Below, in pieces: positions 1-13,359 of a stretch of 64,000 nt of DNA; position 1 is the stretch's first letter, and the number at the start of each line of letters is the position of its first letter. Source of the stretch: Octopus bimaculoides (taxonomy: Eukaryota). The stretch is taken from positions 164,376,682-164,440,681 of the forward strand of contig NC_068981.1 in assembly GCF_001194135.2 (NCBI RefSeq), given 5' to 3'. The translations under genes and the position numbers were made by a program. The notes under the pieces were generated by a model. That model had not been told where the DNA came from and did not search any database. It saw nothing but the letters and a program-made list of their open reading frames with translations.

Positions 1-643
1 TATATATATATATATTATAGTCATGTTGAAACATGTGATACAGGAAAGCTAATTCGACTAAACGACAGGTCATGCGTCCGTTTGAAGGATTTCAGGCACT
101 AACCTGTCGTAGAAAATTGGGTGGATGGGTGGGTATATGATTTTTGAACGCACCGAAAGGCTGTCAGTGGATATAGTTTCTTTTGCGGTGGTCGGCGCTG
201 CGTCTAACACGACCTGTCGTATGGTTGACAGTCGAATGAATATAGGTAAAATGGAGATATAGTACATAAATGGGTACATTCTGGAAAGGGGATGCAATGG
301 GAGACGGCAACGGGGAAGTGAGTTGTTGAAATGTTGCAAAAGGCAAAGGGGTGACATTGGATTGCTGGTATGGCTGTAGACTAAGAAACATAAATTGAAC
401 CTATACAGTCACATGAGAATATGTCGTAATGAGTTGCTTGAAAATGTAAGGCGTAATGGCTTACCGCGTGCTGGTGAGAATAGCTGGAGAATATGCTTTG
501 ATATTGAAGTCCATGCTGGAAACTGCTTTGTTGGTGCAGTTTTCGGGTTTGTCGGAAATGGTATCCATGCCGAAATGGTATCAATCTTTACCATTCACAA
601 AGAGCAGTGGGTATTGGAGTGTATCATAGATGTATTAATTCCT

Positions 644-1290
644 ATAAAACCTCTTGGTAAACAATATTCTTTATTTTTTGTTGTGGGACAAATGCAAATA
701 GACTTTTTTGCTTCCCACTCTAGAGCAGCGAACATATAAGTGCCCGCGTGAGAAGCACGACTCTTCCAAGTGGAGTCCTACTACAATGTCTGGCCCTGAG
801 ATTTATTGATAGACATTGTGAAACTGATACGAATAAGAAATTGCAGTCTTCTGAATTAAAAAGGAATTTCTGTTTCGATGGATTGGAGGAATCCTAGGTA
901 TGAAAGCATCCTCTCCTTTTTCACATCTCAATAACATATGGCGTCATCTTCTTTACCACCAGGCGTGTCCCATTGCAGAGTGTTAGTGGATCCAAATTCC
1001 TCAATAACATTACTGGAGTTCCCACTTTAAGTTCCAATCTGTGGGAAGGTAGTCCTGGAGGCTCCAATGAATTGAGAAATTCTTTTTGATAATTTATCAC
1101 CTCTTCTGGATCTGGGATTGTATCAACTGACTTATAGATGTGAGAACTTCCAGGAAGGTACTGCAACAACTGCTCATTAATTTTACTTACAGTACTGTCT
1201 TTTGGAGCCAGTATTGGTCTTTCACACAGCCAATTGAGATTGTGACAATTTTTCGACCAATGGAGGATCTCCTCTTTGGAAACATTATGT
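644..1290 (-). pseudogene. Degraded Helitron Pif1-family helicase
   Basis: WLCERPILAPKDSTVSKINEQ, EFLNSLEPPGLPSHRLELKVGTPVMLLRNLDPLTLCNGTRL, IPRIP, FTMSINKSQGQTL, HLYVRCSRVG, KNIVYQEVL*; contains stops and frameshifts. Confidence 0.92.
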
Positions 1291-1718
1291 CAAGAAATGT
1301 GATGTAATAAAATAGCATGAAGATTGTACGTTAATACTGAAATGTCAATAGAAAAGTAAATAATACCAACATTTTAACAACTTTTAAGAAATACATACAA
1401 TGAACTGAGATGACACTGTTACGTTTATAATTAAATGTCAATGAAAAACATTAATTAATATCAATACTTTAAAACGATGAAACATGTTCAGCGAATTAAT
1501 CGCGCTGGATGTAAGAGAGACAATCAGTTTCTGAAAGTTACTTTACAAAGAGTTACCTCCTTTGACCACGTAACTCAGGAAAGGATGTCTTCTGTTCCCA
1601 GAGGGTTCGTTACTCATTATGTGAAAAATTTTAAGAGTCTAAAACCATCTTTGAAATATAAGTAATGTGTGTTCCTGGTTTGGAGAAAATCAGTTGGGAA
1701 CTTCAGAAGATATGCGGG

Positions 1719-1720
<2 letters not shown>

Positions 1721-1804
<84 letters not shown>

Positions 1805-1820
1805 AACACACACATACACA
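1721..1820. repeat. (CA)n microsatellite inside Helitron 5' region
   Basis: Direct inspection. Confidence 0.95.
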
Positions 1821-1859
1821 CGCATCCTGACTTTTATATAAATAGATAGATTAATTATT

Positions 1860-2400
1860 CTTTGTCTAACTTTTCATTTATCTCTCTGTCTATCTTTATT
1901 ACTTTCTGTCTTTCTTTCCTTCATTATTTTTCTCTTCCTTTCTTTCGTTTCTTCAACTCTCCTCTTATCTCTTCTATTCTTTCATGATATTCTTCTAAAT
2001 TCGCTTATTTTTCTCTCAGTATACTTTTGAATCTCTGACCATTCCTTTTCATATCTCATTCTCTTTATATTTTTATTATTTCCGCCTTAAGTCATCTCTC
2101 TTTCTTTATCTACTTATCTTCTCTCTCTATGTATTGATATATTATTCGCACTCGCTCACCATTTCTCATTCTTTCTCTCTCTCTCTCACTCTTTCTCTCT
2201 CCTTCCCCTTTTCAAGTGCTCTAGCTTTTCTACATACACATGTCCTTTCAGTCTTTTTGTTCGTCTCCCGTCCAGTCTCTATTCATCTCTAATTCGTTTT
2301 TCATGTAATTTTTATTCTCATTTTTACATTTTTACTTTCGTTAATTTTCTTCTAGTCTATCCCTATCTTTTTCTACCAGCATTTCCTTTTTCCGTTTCAG
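1860..2400. repeat. CT-rich low-complexity tract
   Basis: Polypyrimidine-rich degenerate (CT/TTC)n. Confidence 0.8.
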
Positions 2401-4184
2401 TCCTAACACCACCACTAACAACAACAACAACAACAACAACAAATTCACATTACCACTTTCCTGCAACGCCTTTTATTGCTTCATATCTGACCTTTTCTTC
2501 TTTATGTGACTGATCTCTAATCATTGCTGGTCAGTCCCAGAGGACAGTAGAGGTCATCGAACAACTGAAAAAAAAAAAGGAAAAGAAAAAAGAAGAAAAA
2601 AAAATGCTGGGTACGGAGTGGAGGCTTAAGTCCAGAGAAGTAGCAGCAGAAGACCATTATACTGAGTAATGTTACTGTCAAACAGTTAAACAGATAGTGG
2701 CCACTACTCGCCCAGATGATAAACATCAACAAAGAACAGTATCATGCTTTCCCATCCATAGCCCTTTCAATCGTTGCTTCACTCGCCATTACCACCTCCT
2801 GCTCCCCCTCCTTCATTCGACCCTTACCTCTTTTACCTTCTCCTTTACAAGACCACTGTAACCGTGTAATGATTTCTCGCTCAGAAAGAGGAAGGAAGAA
2901 GAAAAATAGCACCGCCTTCTTATTCGTCTTCTCAATGACCCTGTCTTCTTATATGTCTTATATTGTAGAAATCACGTACAAAATAACATTTTCGTCCGTT
3001 AGATATCATTCACGGGTCAGTGCTGGGCTGAATATGTGTTACTACATACAGAAAGAGTTCTTCTAATCATTCAACAGTTCATTTCTTATCTTGTCTTGCT
3101 GACAACAACAGCAATAACAACAATAACATCCTTTTGTCTGAAGCTGTCCGAGACTGTTCTGTGTATAAATTTCCATCATGAAGATACATTCCGATAAAAA
3201 TATAGAATAATGGTACATGTGTCCGTGGGAAGGCGGGTATTGTCGAGTATAATATATATATTCTTTACTTTATAAAAACGAACAGATGAGAGACCCTCAG
3301 ATGAAACCTCGCATTCTTAAATAAAAATGAAGAAAAATGAAAACTATATATAAGTCAATAGAACCCTGGTCAAATCGTTAAGAGCAATAATGTTATTCAT
3401 TCAGGTTCTTCAGGCTCTGAGTTCAAATCCTGTGACGGTCAGCTTTGAGATTCATGGTTTATAAACAAAAAGCGTGTCCAAGGTGGTGAACTGGCGGAAT
3501 TATTGTAAAGTGTTTCGTGATACTTGTTCCTATCCTTTGTGTTCTGAGCGGCCATTAGATGTGACAAGGTAGTTTGCATCTACGAACCAGCATAATGATG
3601 TAAATCAATTACAGAAGCAATGCAACGAGAATCCACTTTTGAATTATCCTCTGAAAACTCTATCATTTCGTATAATGCTTGTCAAGGAAATCGCGAGATG
3701 TCCTTAGTCTACCTGATGGCAGAGGAAGGAGGAGATCCCTGATCTACACAAAAACATGGTAACCATGGCTAGAACGTCTTTGATCACAGGTTTTTCCGTT
3801 AAAACTTCGATCACATTCGCCGTTTTCACTGCTGAACGTGCAGATAAGTTGCTGAACTCAGCTCGCATTGACGTTGTGCATCGAGTGACTGTTGGAAGGG
3901 AAGACTAGATCTTTATGAGACAACAAGTATTGTTGTGTAACGTTCATGATTTTCTTTAAGAACTTTTTGTGGAATGAGATTCGAAATGATTGCAACTGAG
4001 GATCGACAATAAATATATTTTTTCTCTGCCATATTCATAAGGTGCCTTTCTCTCTCTCTCTCTCTAGGCATGTGAGCTGACTATTGTAGTTCTGGATATA
4101 CAAAATAATTACGCCTGCAACTTCTTTCATCCTAAGTCTGCTCGATCACAGATAACACGGAACTAAATTCCGCCTTTCAGAACT

Positions 4185-4332
4185 GAGATAAAGTAGCAAC
4201 TGGTAATTTATCGACCTCGAAAGGATGACAAATAAAGTGACGTAGGCGGGATTTGAACTCAGGGCGAAATGAACCGAAATAAATACCTCGGAACATTCTC
4301 TCCTGTGCAATAACGACTCTATTGAATCGCCG
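4185..4332 (-). mobile_element. SINE-A, degenerate
   Basis: atcgacctcgaaaggatga...atttgaactcag matches the reverse of the family body. Confidence 0.7.
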
Positions 4333-4794
4333 TTTTACAAAGGAATAGAAGACATAATAAATAAAGCAAAAAGGTGCACAAACACACTTCAAACACTTAC
4401 AAACTGTACATTTGTTGAACAGAAAGAAACAGTAATAGTGGTCTACAAACAATATGTTATATTAATCATGGATTATGACAGCTCAGCTTGGTTACTTCAT
4501 CTACCCCAACACACCACAATAAATTACAAACAACACGAAATAACACTCTGCACAACATCATAGGTTGCATACACTCACATACACACACACACACACGCGC
4601 AAACACACACACACACACACACACACTCACACAGGCACACATATTACAACAGCCATAAACTCCTTAAAACAAGTAAACGGGGAATCCTCTACGTGGTCAC
4701 TCGTCCTGCTAGAAACAGTAGCAAATTTCATTCAAATAACATTTTAACGTTTTGAAATAGGGACGACGAACTGACTGGATAATGTAGTTTTAGC

Positions 4795-5045
4795 TCCTTT
4801 ATCTTTTATCTGCTTCAGTCATTAGACCGCGGCCATTCTGGGGCACCGACTTGAAGAATTATATATCAACGAATCGACACCAGTACATATTTTTTTAAAA
4901 CCTGGTACTTATTCTAGCGGTCTAGAGACCGGTAGAATAAGTACTAGGCTTCCAAAGAATAAGTCCCGGGGTCGATTTGTTCGACTAAAGGCAGTACTCC
5001 AGCATGCCCGGCAGTCAAATGACTGAAACAAGTAAAATAATAAAA

Positions 5046-5097
<52 letters not shown>

Positions 5098-5262
5098 CGG
5101 GCTTCTTTCAGTTTCCGTCTATCAAATCCATTCACCAGGCTTTGGTCGGCCCGGGAGCTACAGTAGAAGATATTTGCCTAAGGTGTCACGTAGTGAGGCT
5201 GAACCTGGAACCATGTGGTTGGGATGCAAACAACTTACTACAGTCATGCCCGCGCCTCGATA
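4795..5262. mobile_element. SINE-B composite (minus tail, plus tail, (TA)n, minus head)
   Basis: The tail motif gaataagtactaggctt...gactgaaacaag is on plus at about 4922-5050; the head motif ttcagtttccgtct...ggaaccatgtggttg is on minus at about 5095-5262. Confidence 0.85.
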
Positions 5263-5904
5263 CATCCACGCCTAGGCAAAAAAAAAATATAGATGATCAA
5301 GTCCGGAGCGTTTTGGATCAGAGGTCTGCTCGATGAAATTTGACATGGGAGTTAAAGTAAAACAATATCAACCCCAGAGAAATTGAACAAAATGACAAAA
5401 TATGTAAGTCCACAAGTATGAAAATTTTGTTGACTTATCAAATTGTAACCCACACTAAACTCTGCTACCATATGAACGATCACACTCAAAACGACAATAC
5501 ACGTCTATAAAAACTATATATGTGTACAAAACTCTTGCACGCTTTTACGTGGCAACATTCAAAGTACTAACAAATCCCACTTAGTCTACACAAGCACAAA
5601 ATTACAAACTCAAGCATCGCTACAGATTCATGAAATTTAGTTTTATCACAAACACTATTCACAGAAGACAAAGAGGCAAAGGTATGCGCAGAAGAAGGGT
5701 AGCTGTTACATCATGATCAAGGACATTTTGTTGGCAAACGACCTGGCTTAGGGAGGCCTTTATTATTTGGAATAACACCAGGTTCGAGTTTATCCTTTTT
5801 TGTTTCTGATGTTAATAAAATAGTATCATTGAAAGATTAGGCTATACACTACCTCCCCAAAACCGAAGCCTTGTACGCACATGTGGCATCATTATTAGAT
5901 GAAG

Positions 5905-6100
5905 GCGACGAACTGGCAGAATCTTTAGTACTCTGAGCAAAATTCTCAGCGGCATTTCGTCCGTCTTTACGTTCTAAGTTCCATTTCCGCCGAGGTCAAC
6001 TTCACCTTTCATCCTTAAGGGACCGATAAAATAATCACCGGTCAAACACACTGAGGTCGTTGTAATCGACTGGCCCTTCTCCTTGAACTTTTGGCGTTGA
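5905..6100 (+). mobile_element. SINE-A
   Basis: ggcgacgaactggcagaatc...ccgccgaggtcaacttcacctttcatcc. Confidence 0.85.
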
Positions 6101-6114
6101 AAAAAAAGTAAAGT

Positions 6115-6359
6115 TTTCTTCCCGAATTCATGCCGACTCAAAAGGGCTGGTTTCCCGGTTTCATGGTGTATATATTGCCCACCTGGACGCGACGCCAGTC
6201 CATCACAGGATCACTCGTTTTTGCCAGATGAGTGGACTGGAGCAACGTGATATGAAGTGTTTTGCTGAAGAACACAACACGTTGTCCGGTCCCAAAACCG
6301 AAACCACAGTCTAAAGATCATAAGTCCAACACTCAAACCACTAAGCTACGCGTCTCCAC
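6115..6359 (-). mobile_element. SINE-C (tRNA-derived)
   Basis: Reverse of gtggagacgcgtagcttagtggtt...ttcacgttgctccagtccactca; matches the copy at 24242. Confidence 0.85.
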
Positions 6360-6404
6360 TTGCTGGTCTTGTGCCAAAATTTGAAACCATTATTTATGCT
6401 AGAA

Positions 6405-6560
6405 CAACGATGGCAATCTAGCAGAATTGTTAGAGTTTCGGATAAAAATTGCTTGCGGTATTTCTACATTCTGAGTTCAAATCCCGTCGAAACTAACTTT
6501 GCTTTTCATCCCTCCATGATCAATAAAGCAGAGTATCACTCAAGCACTGGGCTGGCTTCG
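6405..6560 (+). mobile_element. SINE-A, degenerate
   Basis: ttctgagttcaaatcccgtcgaaactaactttgcttttcatcc. Confidence 0.75.
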
Positions 6561-7123
6561 AGCTCTAAATAAGAAGTTATTTTTATGCTAGATCACATAT
6601 TGCTTAGTCTTTTTTCTTACATGATATATTTACGATTAACTGGAGTTAATTTACGAATCTAACAGAAGAGTAAGTCATTCGCGTATTACGTTTGAAAAGA
6701 TTCTAACAAAACTGGACAACAGCAATAGTTTAGTCTCTGATCGCATATATTCACAACTGTCACATACATTTATGAAAAAGAAAATTATCTTCACAGTAAG
6801 TCTGAGTAAATCTGCATACAGAATATGGATTATGTCATATGCAGTGTGGAGATAAGGAATTAATTTTACATTGAAAATCTTAACAGTTAAATTATTCACT
6901 TAGAGCTTGTATACATTATCACATAAGATTTAGTGCGTTGATGCTTAGTCGAAAATAATATAATTTCATTAAAGATTATCTAACACATTACAAGCATCAA
7001 GTTGAAATATGAAAATCAACGGAACTACTGATAGGTCACTAACCATGTATCGATTGCTTTTTAAAGAAAGGTTACAATGGCTGACGAATTACAGAATGAA
7101 GATAAAAGTATAGTTAAAATAGC

Positions 7124-7124
<1 letters not shown>

Positions 7125-7178
<54 letters not shown>
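7125..7178. repeat. (AAT)n microsatellite
   Basis: Direct inspection. Confidence 0.95.
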
Positions 7179-7617
7179 TAATTCGTTTTATTGGCCACAA
7201 GGGCTAATATCAATCAAAAACATGTAAGGACAAAGACAGGACGAAGGTTACAAAAGGTTTTGTCCGAAAAGTAGAAAAACGTTCGTGTAAACAGAGGAAA
7301 AAAACGGAGAAAGATATAACAAATAAATAAATAAAATAATATATAAGGCCCAAATGAAAAGGGACTTTACTGATATATTATTAGGCTTAGAAGATTCTAT
7401 GAAGAGAAATTGTTAATGCCTAGTTGCTGGAAGTATCTTTTCATATAATAGCAGAAGAACATTTAATACATTTAGAGCATATATTTGTAAGAAGGAAGTT
7501 AATAACTCCCAGGAATCTATGTGACAGCGCATACATAAATTAATACATGTATATATGCATATACATATATAAATCTATACACACATGCATATGTATACAT
7601 AATTATATACACACGCA

Positions 7618-7684
<67 letters not shown>

Positions 7685-7944
7685 CACACAAACATACAAA
7701 CACACAAACATGCAAGGAAATGCATGAATATGCAGAATACATACATACAAAGGTACACACACGTTTACATGCATATATTCATACATATCTGTATGCACAT
7801 ACATACTGACACAAACACATGCGCACAAACAAACAAACAAAAAGAACGCAGCTCCGATAAGGGACAGAGTCAACAACTATTGAAGAGGTAGCAAGAAGCA
7901 ACGAAAATTTTAGAAGAAAAATAATAAATTAGCAGAAATTGAAC

Positions 7945-8362
7945 CGGTAAGTATGTTAATTTATAAAGCATTAAAACAGAATGACTTTCCCCAGACTCTT
8001 GGTTCGACTACCATCTGTGAAACATTTGTATTTCTTCCCATGCCTGTCATCTCTTATGGCCCTGCTGTAAGGCTTTACTTCCACACACCCCAGCTTAATT
8101 TAATTCGTCCTTAGTCGAAAGACATCTGTTGTTAATGTCCTGTTGTTTGCATTTGCATTTGTGTACCACTTCTCCCATTTTTTTCCCAGCCTTGTTTTCG
8201 TATACATTCGTTGCTTTCTTCCAAGGAATCTAGTGCTCTTAGCTTAGATTTTTCTTGGGGCTGGCCAGATTGGAGCAGTCTCGAGTATATCCAGCCGAAA
8301 CTGCAAAGATAATCTGGAACTCGACTGACGAAAGAAAACTCCGAATGACTCGTCCTTGTTTA
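7945..8362. mobile_element. Interspersed repeat, unclassified (possibly Penelope-like), copy 1
   Basis: Clearly homologous to 22955-23285 (ttggttcgactaccatc...ccaaggaatcta...ctggaactcgactga...ctccgaatgactcgtccttg). The class is tentative. Confidence 0.7.
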
Positions 8363-8369
8363 ATTCTTG

Positions 8370-8531
8370 TCAGATGAAATACCGCTGAACATTTCGCCTG
8401 GCGTGCTAACGTTTCTGCCAGCTCACCGCCTTGCTGCTGTTGTAGAGGATATTCTTTTCTACTCTAGGCACAAGACCCGAAATTTTTTTTTGGGGTGGGG
8501 GGACCAGTCGTTTCTGCCAGCTCGCCGCCTT
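8370..8531 (-). mobile_element. Two SINE-A pieces with a duplicated head and flank
   Basis: tttctgccagctc(a/g)ccgccttgctgct..tgtagaggat occurs at about 8411 and about 8511. Confidence 0.8.
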
Positions 8532-9547
8532 GCTGCTAGTGTAGAGGATGTTATAACATCGACGTTACAGTGATAACGAAATAAATATTCTGTCCTTAAA
8601 AAGATACTTTATGTTATTAGAGATATTCCGAAAACACCTAAGAGATTTATCAATACTTCGGAATCAATGTACTTAACAGTATGCATTTTAAAAAAAGCAA
8701 AAAGAAAATCCATAAATATAGTTTTCGGAATGAAAATTACAGACGCAATGTAATTGTGCTAAACTGAAATATATAAATAAATAAAGTTTGCAAAATTGCT
8801 ATAACAAACTAAATTAATTGGCATAAATATCGTTGCCGCCTAAATAATTGTTTGTAAAAAAGAAGAAAAGGGCCTGAAATTTTGATGAAAGAGACTGGTC
8901 GTTTAAATCGATTTCAGTACATTACTAGAACAATTTCATGAACGTACCGCTGAAAGATTGAACACACATTGTAAAGGACCAGAAAAATTGGAAGGGATTT
9001 TGTACGATGCTCTAATTTTGTACGATGCTATACTAACGCCTAAAAGCTTTGTCGTCGACAAAATTATTGACTTAGTAAAACAATATAGGAGGCTAGAGAG
9101 AAAACAAATGAAAGTAAGTTACTAACAATTCAGCATACAAAAGGTGATACAGAAACATAGTATTTGTATTTTAGACTACGGAAAAAAGGTATCATTGCAT
9201 ATCATTATCAAATATAAAATGATGTGCTATCTAGTAATAACTAATAGCTACCATCATTGAAAACTAAGTGTCATTGACATGCAGACAGCCTAGCGCATTT
9301 GAAACTATACTAAGAAAATATACTGCATGCACTCTATCGATTGTGCATGCATATATGTACATTTATGCATGCATACATGCATATTTCATATATTCAATAA
9401 GAGATATTCCATATATTCAATAAGACATTCAATACTTCATTTCATTGTACCATCCATTTTTATACTATATATTATATATTCCATATTCTATACCCCACAA
9501 GAATATAAATAAAACATAAAAAACAGACAGAGTTGGAACTCTTAAAT

Positions 9548-9620
<73 letters not shown>

Positions 9621-10804
9621 CATGCATGNNNNNNNNNNTATATATGTGTGTGTGTGTGTGTGTGTATGCATGCATGGGTGCTTATATGTATGTATGTTCT
9701 GTTTGTATGCGTGCGTCTAGGTATGTATGTATGTATGTATGTATGTTATTATTGATCGCTGAGCCCCAGAAACTGCTGTTGGACTTATAACACCTTTCTT
9801 CTACCACTTTAGTTTTCTCTTGTTTATACTCTGTGTAAGTTGGACCTATTGATATTAATGTCAATATATTTATACTTTCAGATTCATCGTGTATATGAGT
9901 TGTTTATCGTCATAATTGCCTCTATGCGTGTGTGTATATGTATGTATATGTTTCTTCTATTTTTAATTATTATAAATCTTCCACTGAGGAGGGAGCCGGT
10001 TTCCAACAAAGATACAAGGCTCCATAAATAAGTATGTATGTATGTATGTATGTATGTATGTATGTACGTATGTATGTATATATAGATGCATGTATGTATG
10101 TATGTATGTATGTATATATAGATGCTCTCTTCTGTTTATATTTATCTAAATCCTTCCCCTGTGAAAGAGCTGGTTTCTAACACAGATACAAAGCTACGTC
10201 GTTGAAATGTAGATAACAAAAACAATATCACATTTTAAACTTGAGAAAAGTCTTGCATACTTTTATTGTTCCGCTTACAGATTGTATTTGTAATGATGAG
10301 TTGGATGCTTTCTTTTTCTGAAAACTTGAGCTACACCAAGATTGTCTCTGAGGCCTTTACTCACAAAACTAAGTGCACCGGTTATCATTGGTATAAATGT
10401 GAATTCATAATATGGTTATAGAAGCTTGAGGTTGAACATGTTTGTCATATTCCTGAGAATCTGTTGCTTTACCTACCTTCTGTTTTATAAGGTTCTCGCT
10501 CACCTGGCCCAACCTGCGTTTGTGTTTATACATATATTCATGTTCATGTATATACACACGGACACATACGCATATAGACATATAGACAGTTAGGTATATG
10601 TATACATGTATGTGTGTGTGTATGAGTATACATTTATTTAAAAACATACATATATACTTATACACATCTATACACGTATATAGATAATAGATAGTTATGT
10701 AGACTGATAAATATATTTTCTATCTATCAATATATTAATCTATTTATCTATCTTTTATATATTATATGTATATTAATATATGTATATATATATATATATA
10801 TAAC

Positions 10805-11181
10805 TCTTTTACTTGTTGTTTCAGTCTTTTGAGCACCGCCTTTAGTCGAGCAAATCAACAACAGGACTTATTCTTTAGAAGCCTAGTACTTATTCTATCG
10901 GTTTCTTTTGCCGAACCGCTAAGTTACGGGGACGTAAACACACCAGCATCGGTTGTCAAGCGATGTTGGGGGGACAAACATATACACACATACATATATA
11001 AATATATATATATACGACGAGCTTGTTTCAGTTTCTGTCTACCAAATCCACTCACAAGGCTTTGGTCGGCCCGAGGCTATAGTAGAAGACACTTGCCCAA
11101 GATGCCACGCAGTGGGACTGAACCCGGAACCATGTGGTTGGGAAGCAAGCTACTTACCACACAGCCACTCCTACGCCTATA
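10805..11181 (-). mobile_element. SINE-B, near full length, with internal (TA)/(CA) microsatellite
   Basis: Tail, internal repeat, CORE-like ggcaagtgtcttct segment and tRNA-like head are all present. Confidence 0.92.
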
Positions 11182-12208
11182 TANNNNNNNNNNNNNNNNN
11201 NNNNNNNNNNNNNNNNNNNNNNNNNNNNNNNNNNNNNNNNNNNNNNNNNNNNNNNNNNNNNNNNNNNNNNNNNNNNNNNNNNNNNNNNNNNNNNNNNNNN
11301 NNNNNNNNNNNNNNNNNNNNNNNNNNNNNNNNNNNNNNNNNNNNNNNNNNNNNNNNNNNNNNNNNNNNNNNNNNNNNNNNNNNNNNNNNNNNNNNNNNNN
11401 NNNNNNNNNNNNNNNNNNNNNNNNNNNNNNNNNNNNNNNNNNNNNNNNNNNNNNNNNNNNNNNNNNNNNNNNNNNNNNNNNNNNNNNNNNNNNNNNNNNN
11501 NNNNNNNNNNNNNNNNNNNNNNNNNNNNNNNNNNNNNNNNNNNNNNNNNNNNNNNNNNNNNNNNNNNNNNNNNNNNNNNNNNNNNNNNNNNNNNNNNNNN
11601 NNNNNNNNNNNNNNNNNNNNNNNNNNNNNNNNNNNNNNNNNNNNNNNNNNNNNNNNNNNNNNNNTATATATATATATTTTGTATAATATATGTATATACT
11701 TTTGTATTTATCTGGCTATATATATATTTATGTGTGTGTGAGTGAGTGAGTGTGTGTATGCGTATGTGTGTGAATATTAAAATAATGGTTCTTGCAAACA
11801 TATACATATATACATATATATATATAACGTTCTCTTTCACCTAAAATTCTAAGTGAACAAAACAAGACTAGTCTTGTAGGAGTCATTATTTTTTATTGAT
11901 ACGTGTATCCACTCTACTCTGTGCTTTGAATTTATGTAAAAACACACACAGATGTACATAGACACATACTTATAATCGTGCACCTCGCACACACACACAC
12001 ACAAATATACACGCATATGCACAGATGATTTTTCTTTTAGAAATAACTTGTGTAAATTGTTTCAAAAAGAAAAGTTGTTTTCCAACAATTACATCTCGTT
12101 TCTAGTAAAGAGGCTGCTGTATTTTTTATTGATACATTTTCGTTTATATTTCTATTCACATTATTTCTTTGTAATTGAAACAAAAGGAAAAAAAGAGACG
12201 CATAACAA

Positions 12209-12265
<57 letters not shown>

Positions 12266-12320
12266 CAATAATGAGAAGGAGAAGAACAACAACAACACGT
12301 AAAACAACAACTATAGCAAG

Positions 12321-12369
<49 letters not shown>

Positions 12370-13087
12370 GTAATAATATATAAACATGTTTCTTACGACA
12401 ACGCTAGCACTAAATTTTGTAGTTTTTCAAATGTATTTTAAAAAACGAGAAATGCAGATTAAAATTTAAGACTGTCAACATAAAATATTTCCAACATTTA
12501 TCAACAACTTAAAAAGCAAGTTTTATAATTGATATTTTTTTTACTTGTATAACCTTACAAAGTACCATTGTTTATAAAATAGTATGAAAAAGAAAGCAAA
12601 AAGAAGAAACAACTGACAAAAAATTAAATATAGGAAAATAAAACAAACAAAAAGAAAACGAAAGGAAGAAATATACCATAGATGTTTGCAGGAAAGAAAT
12701 TTGCTTTTCGCAAGACATTAGAATGAAAAATATATGAGAATTTTGAAAACAAATGTTCATACCACGTGAAAAAAAAAATTATTTAATAGAAAACAGTAAC
12801 TAAAATAAATGAAAAAAAAAAATCATTTACTAGTAGCAATAAAAGAATTCAGAAGATATATTGGGAGCAAGAATACAGGTATGTGAAAATTATTTCAAGA
12901 GAAGATACAATATAAAATAAATGGAGAGCCATTAACGAAATAAAAGAAAAAAAGACATAGTTACAAAATTATATAAATGACAAAATGAATGCAAAATGCT
13001 AATATTGATAGTAACATTATTAAGAAAAAAAGAGTTTATAAGAAAATTCAAACTAACATAATAATAATAACAATGATGATGATGATG

Positions 13088-13132
<45 letters not shown>

Positions 13133-13134
13133 TT

Positions 13135-13345
13135 TCTTTCAAATACAGGCACAAAGTCAGTAATTTTAAGTGGGTTAAATCGTTGCTGTCAATCGTTACT
13201 CTACTTAATTGGCAAGTTATTTTATCGATTTCATGAAGACGAAGGCAAATTTGACCTCGGCCGGGTTTGAACTCAGAATGTAAAGAAGATGAACTAGTAC
13301 CGCATAACATTTTGTCCAATGCTTCTATAACTTTGTTAATTCAAA
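13135..13345 (-). mobile_element. SINE-A, degenerate
   Basis: ggcaaatttgacctcggccgggtttgaactcagaatg. Confidence 0.75.
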
Positions 13346-13359
13346 ACCAGTTAAAATAA

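Larger units (their letters stand above)
490..1850 (-). mobile_element. Helitron remnant (5' end, Pif1 helicase C-terminal half, Rep-region fragment)
   Basis: The minus strand starts A|TCTATCTATTTATATAAAA followed by (GT)n, like an animal Helitron 5' end. Helicase motifs are at 644-1290 and YDTLQYPLLFVNGKD..SSMDF at about 500-635. No 3' CTRR end was seen. Confidence 0.85.

Noticed and set aside
62-220. ACGACAGGT / ACCTGTCGT inverted repeats as a Helitron 3' hairpin
   Set aside because: The 31-nt loop and missing CTRR end do not fit.
2490-2564. Very strong minus-strand acceptor followed by LFDDLYCPLGLTSND*
   Set aside because: All frames close within 16 codons and there is no link to other exons; it could be a terminal or UTR exon but is unsupported.
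8321-8360. Hammerhead-like CTGAnGA...GAA core in the Penelope-like repeat (also at 23224)
   Set aside because: GAAT instead of GAAA, no stem II closing pair, and no stem I complement.
10766-11840. Long ORFs here and at 20139-21380, 22470-23147, 39359-40249, 41173-42015, 48451-49849 and 62645-63409
   Set aside because: They are open only because they cross N gaps and dinucleotide or trinucleotide repeats.
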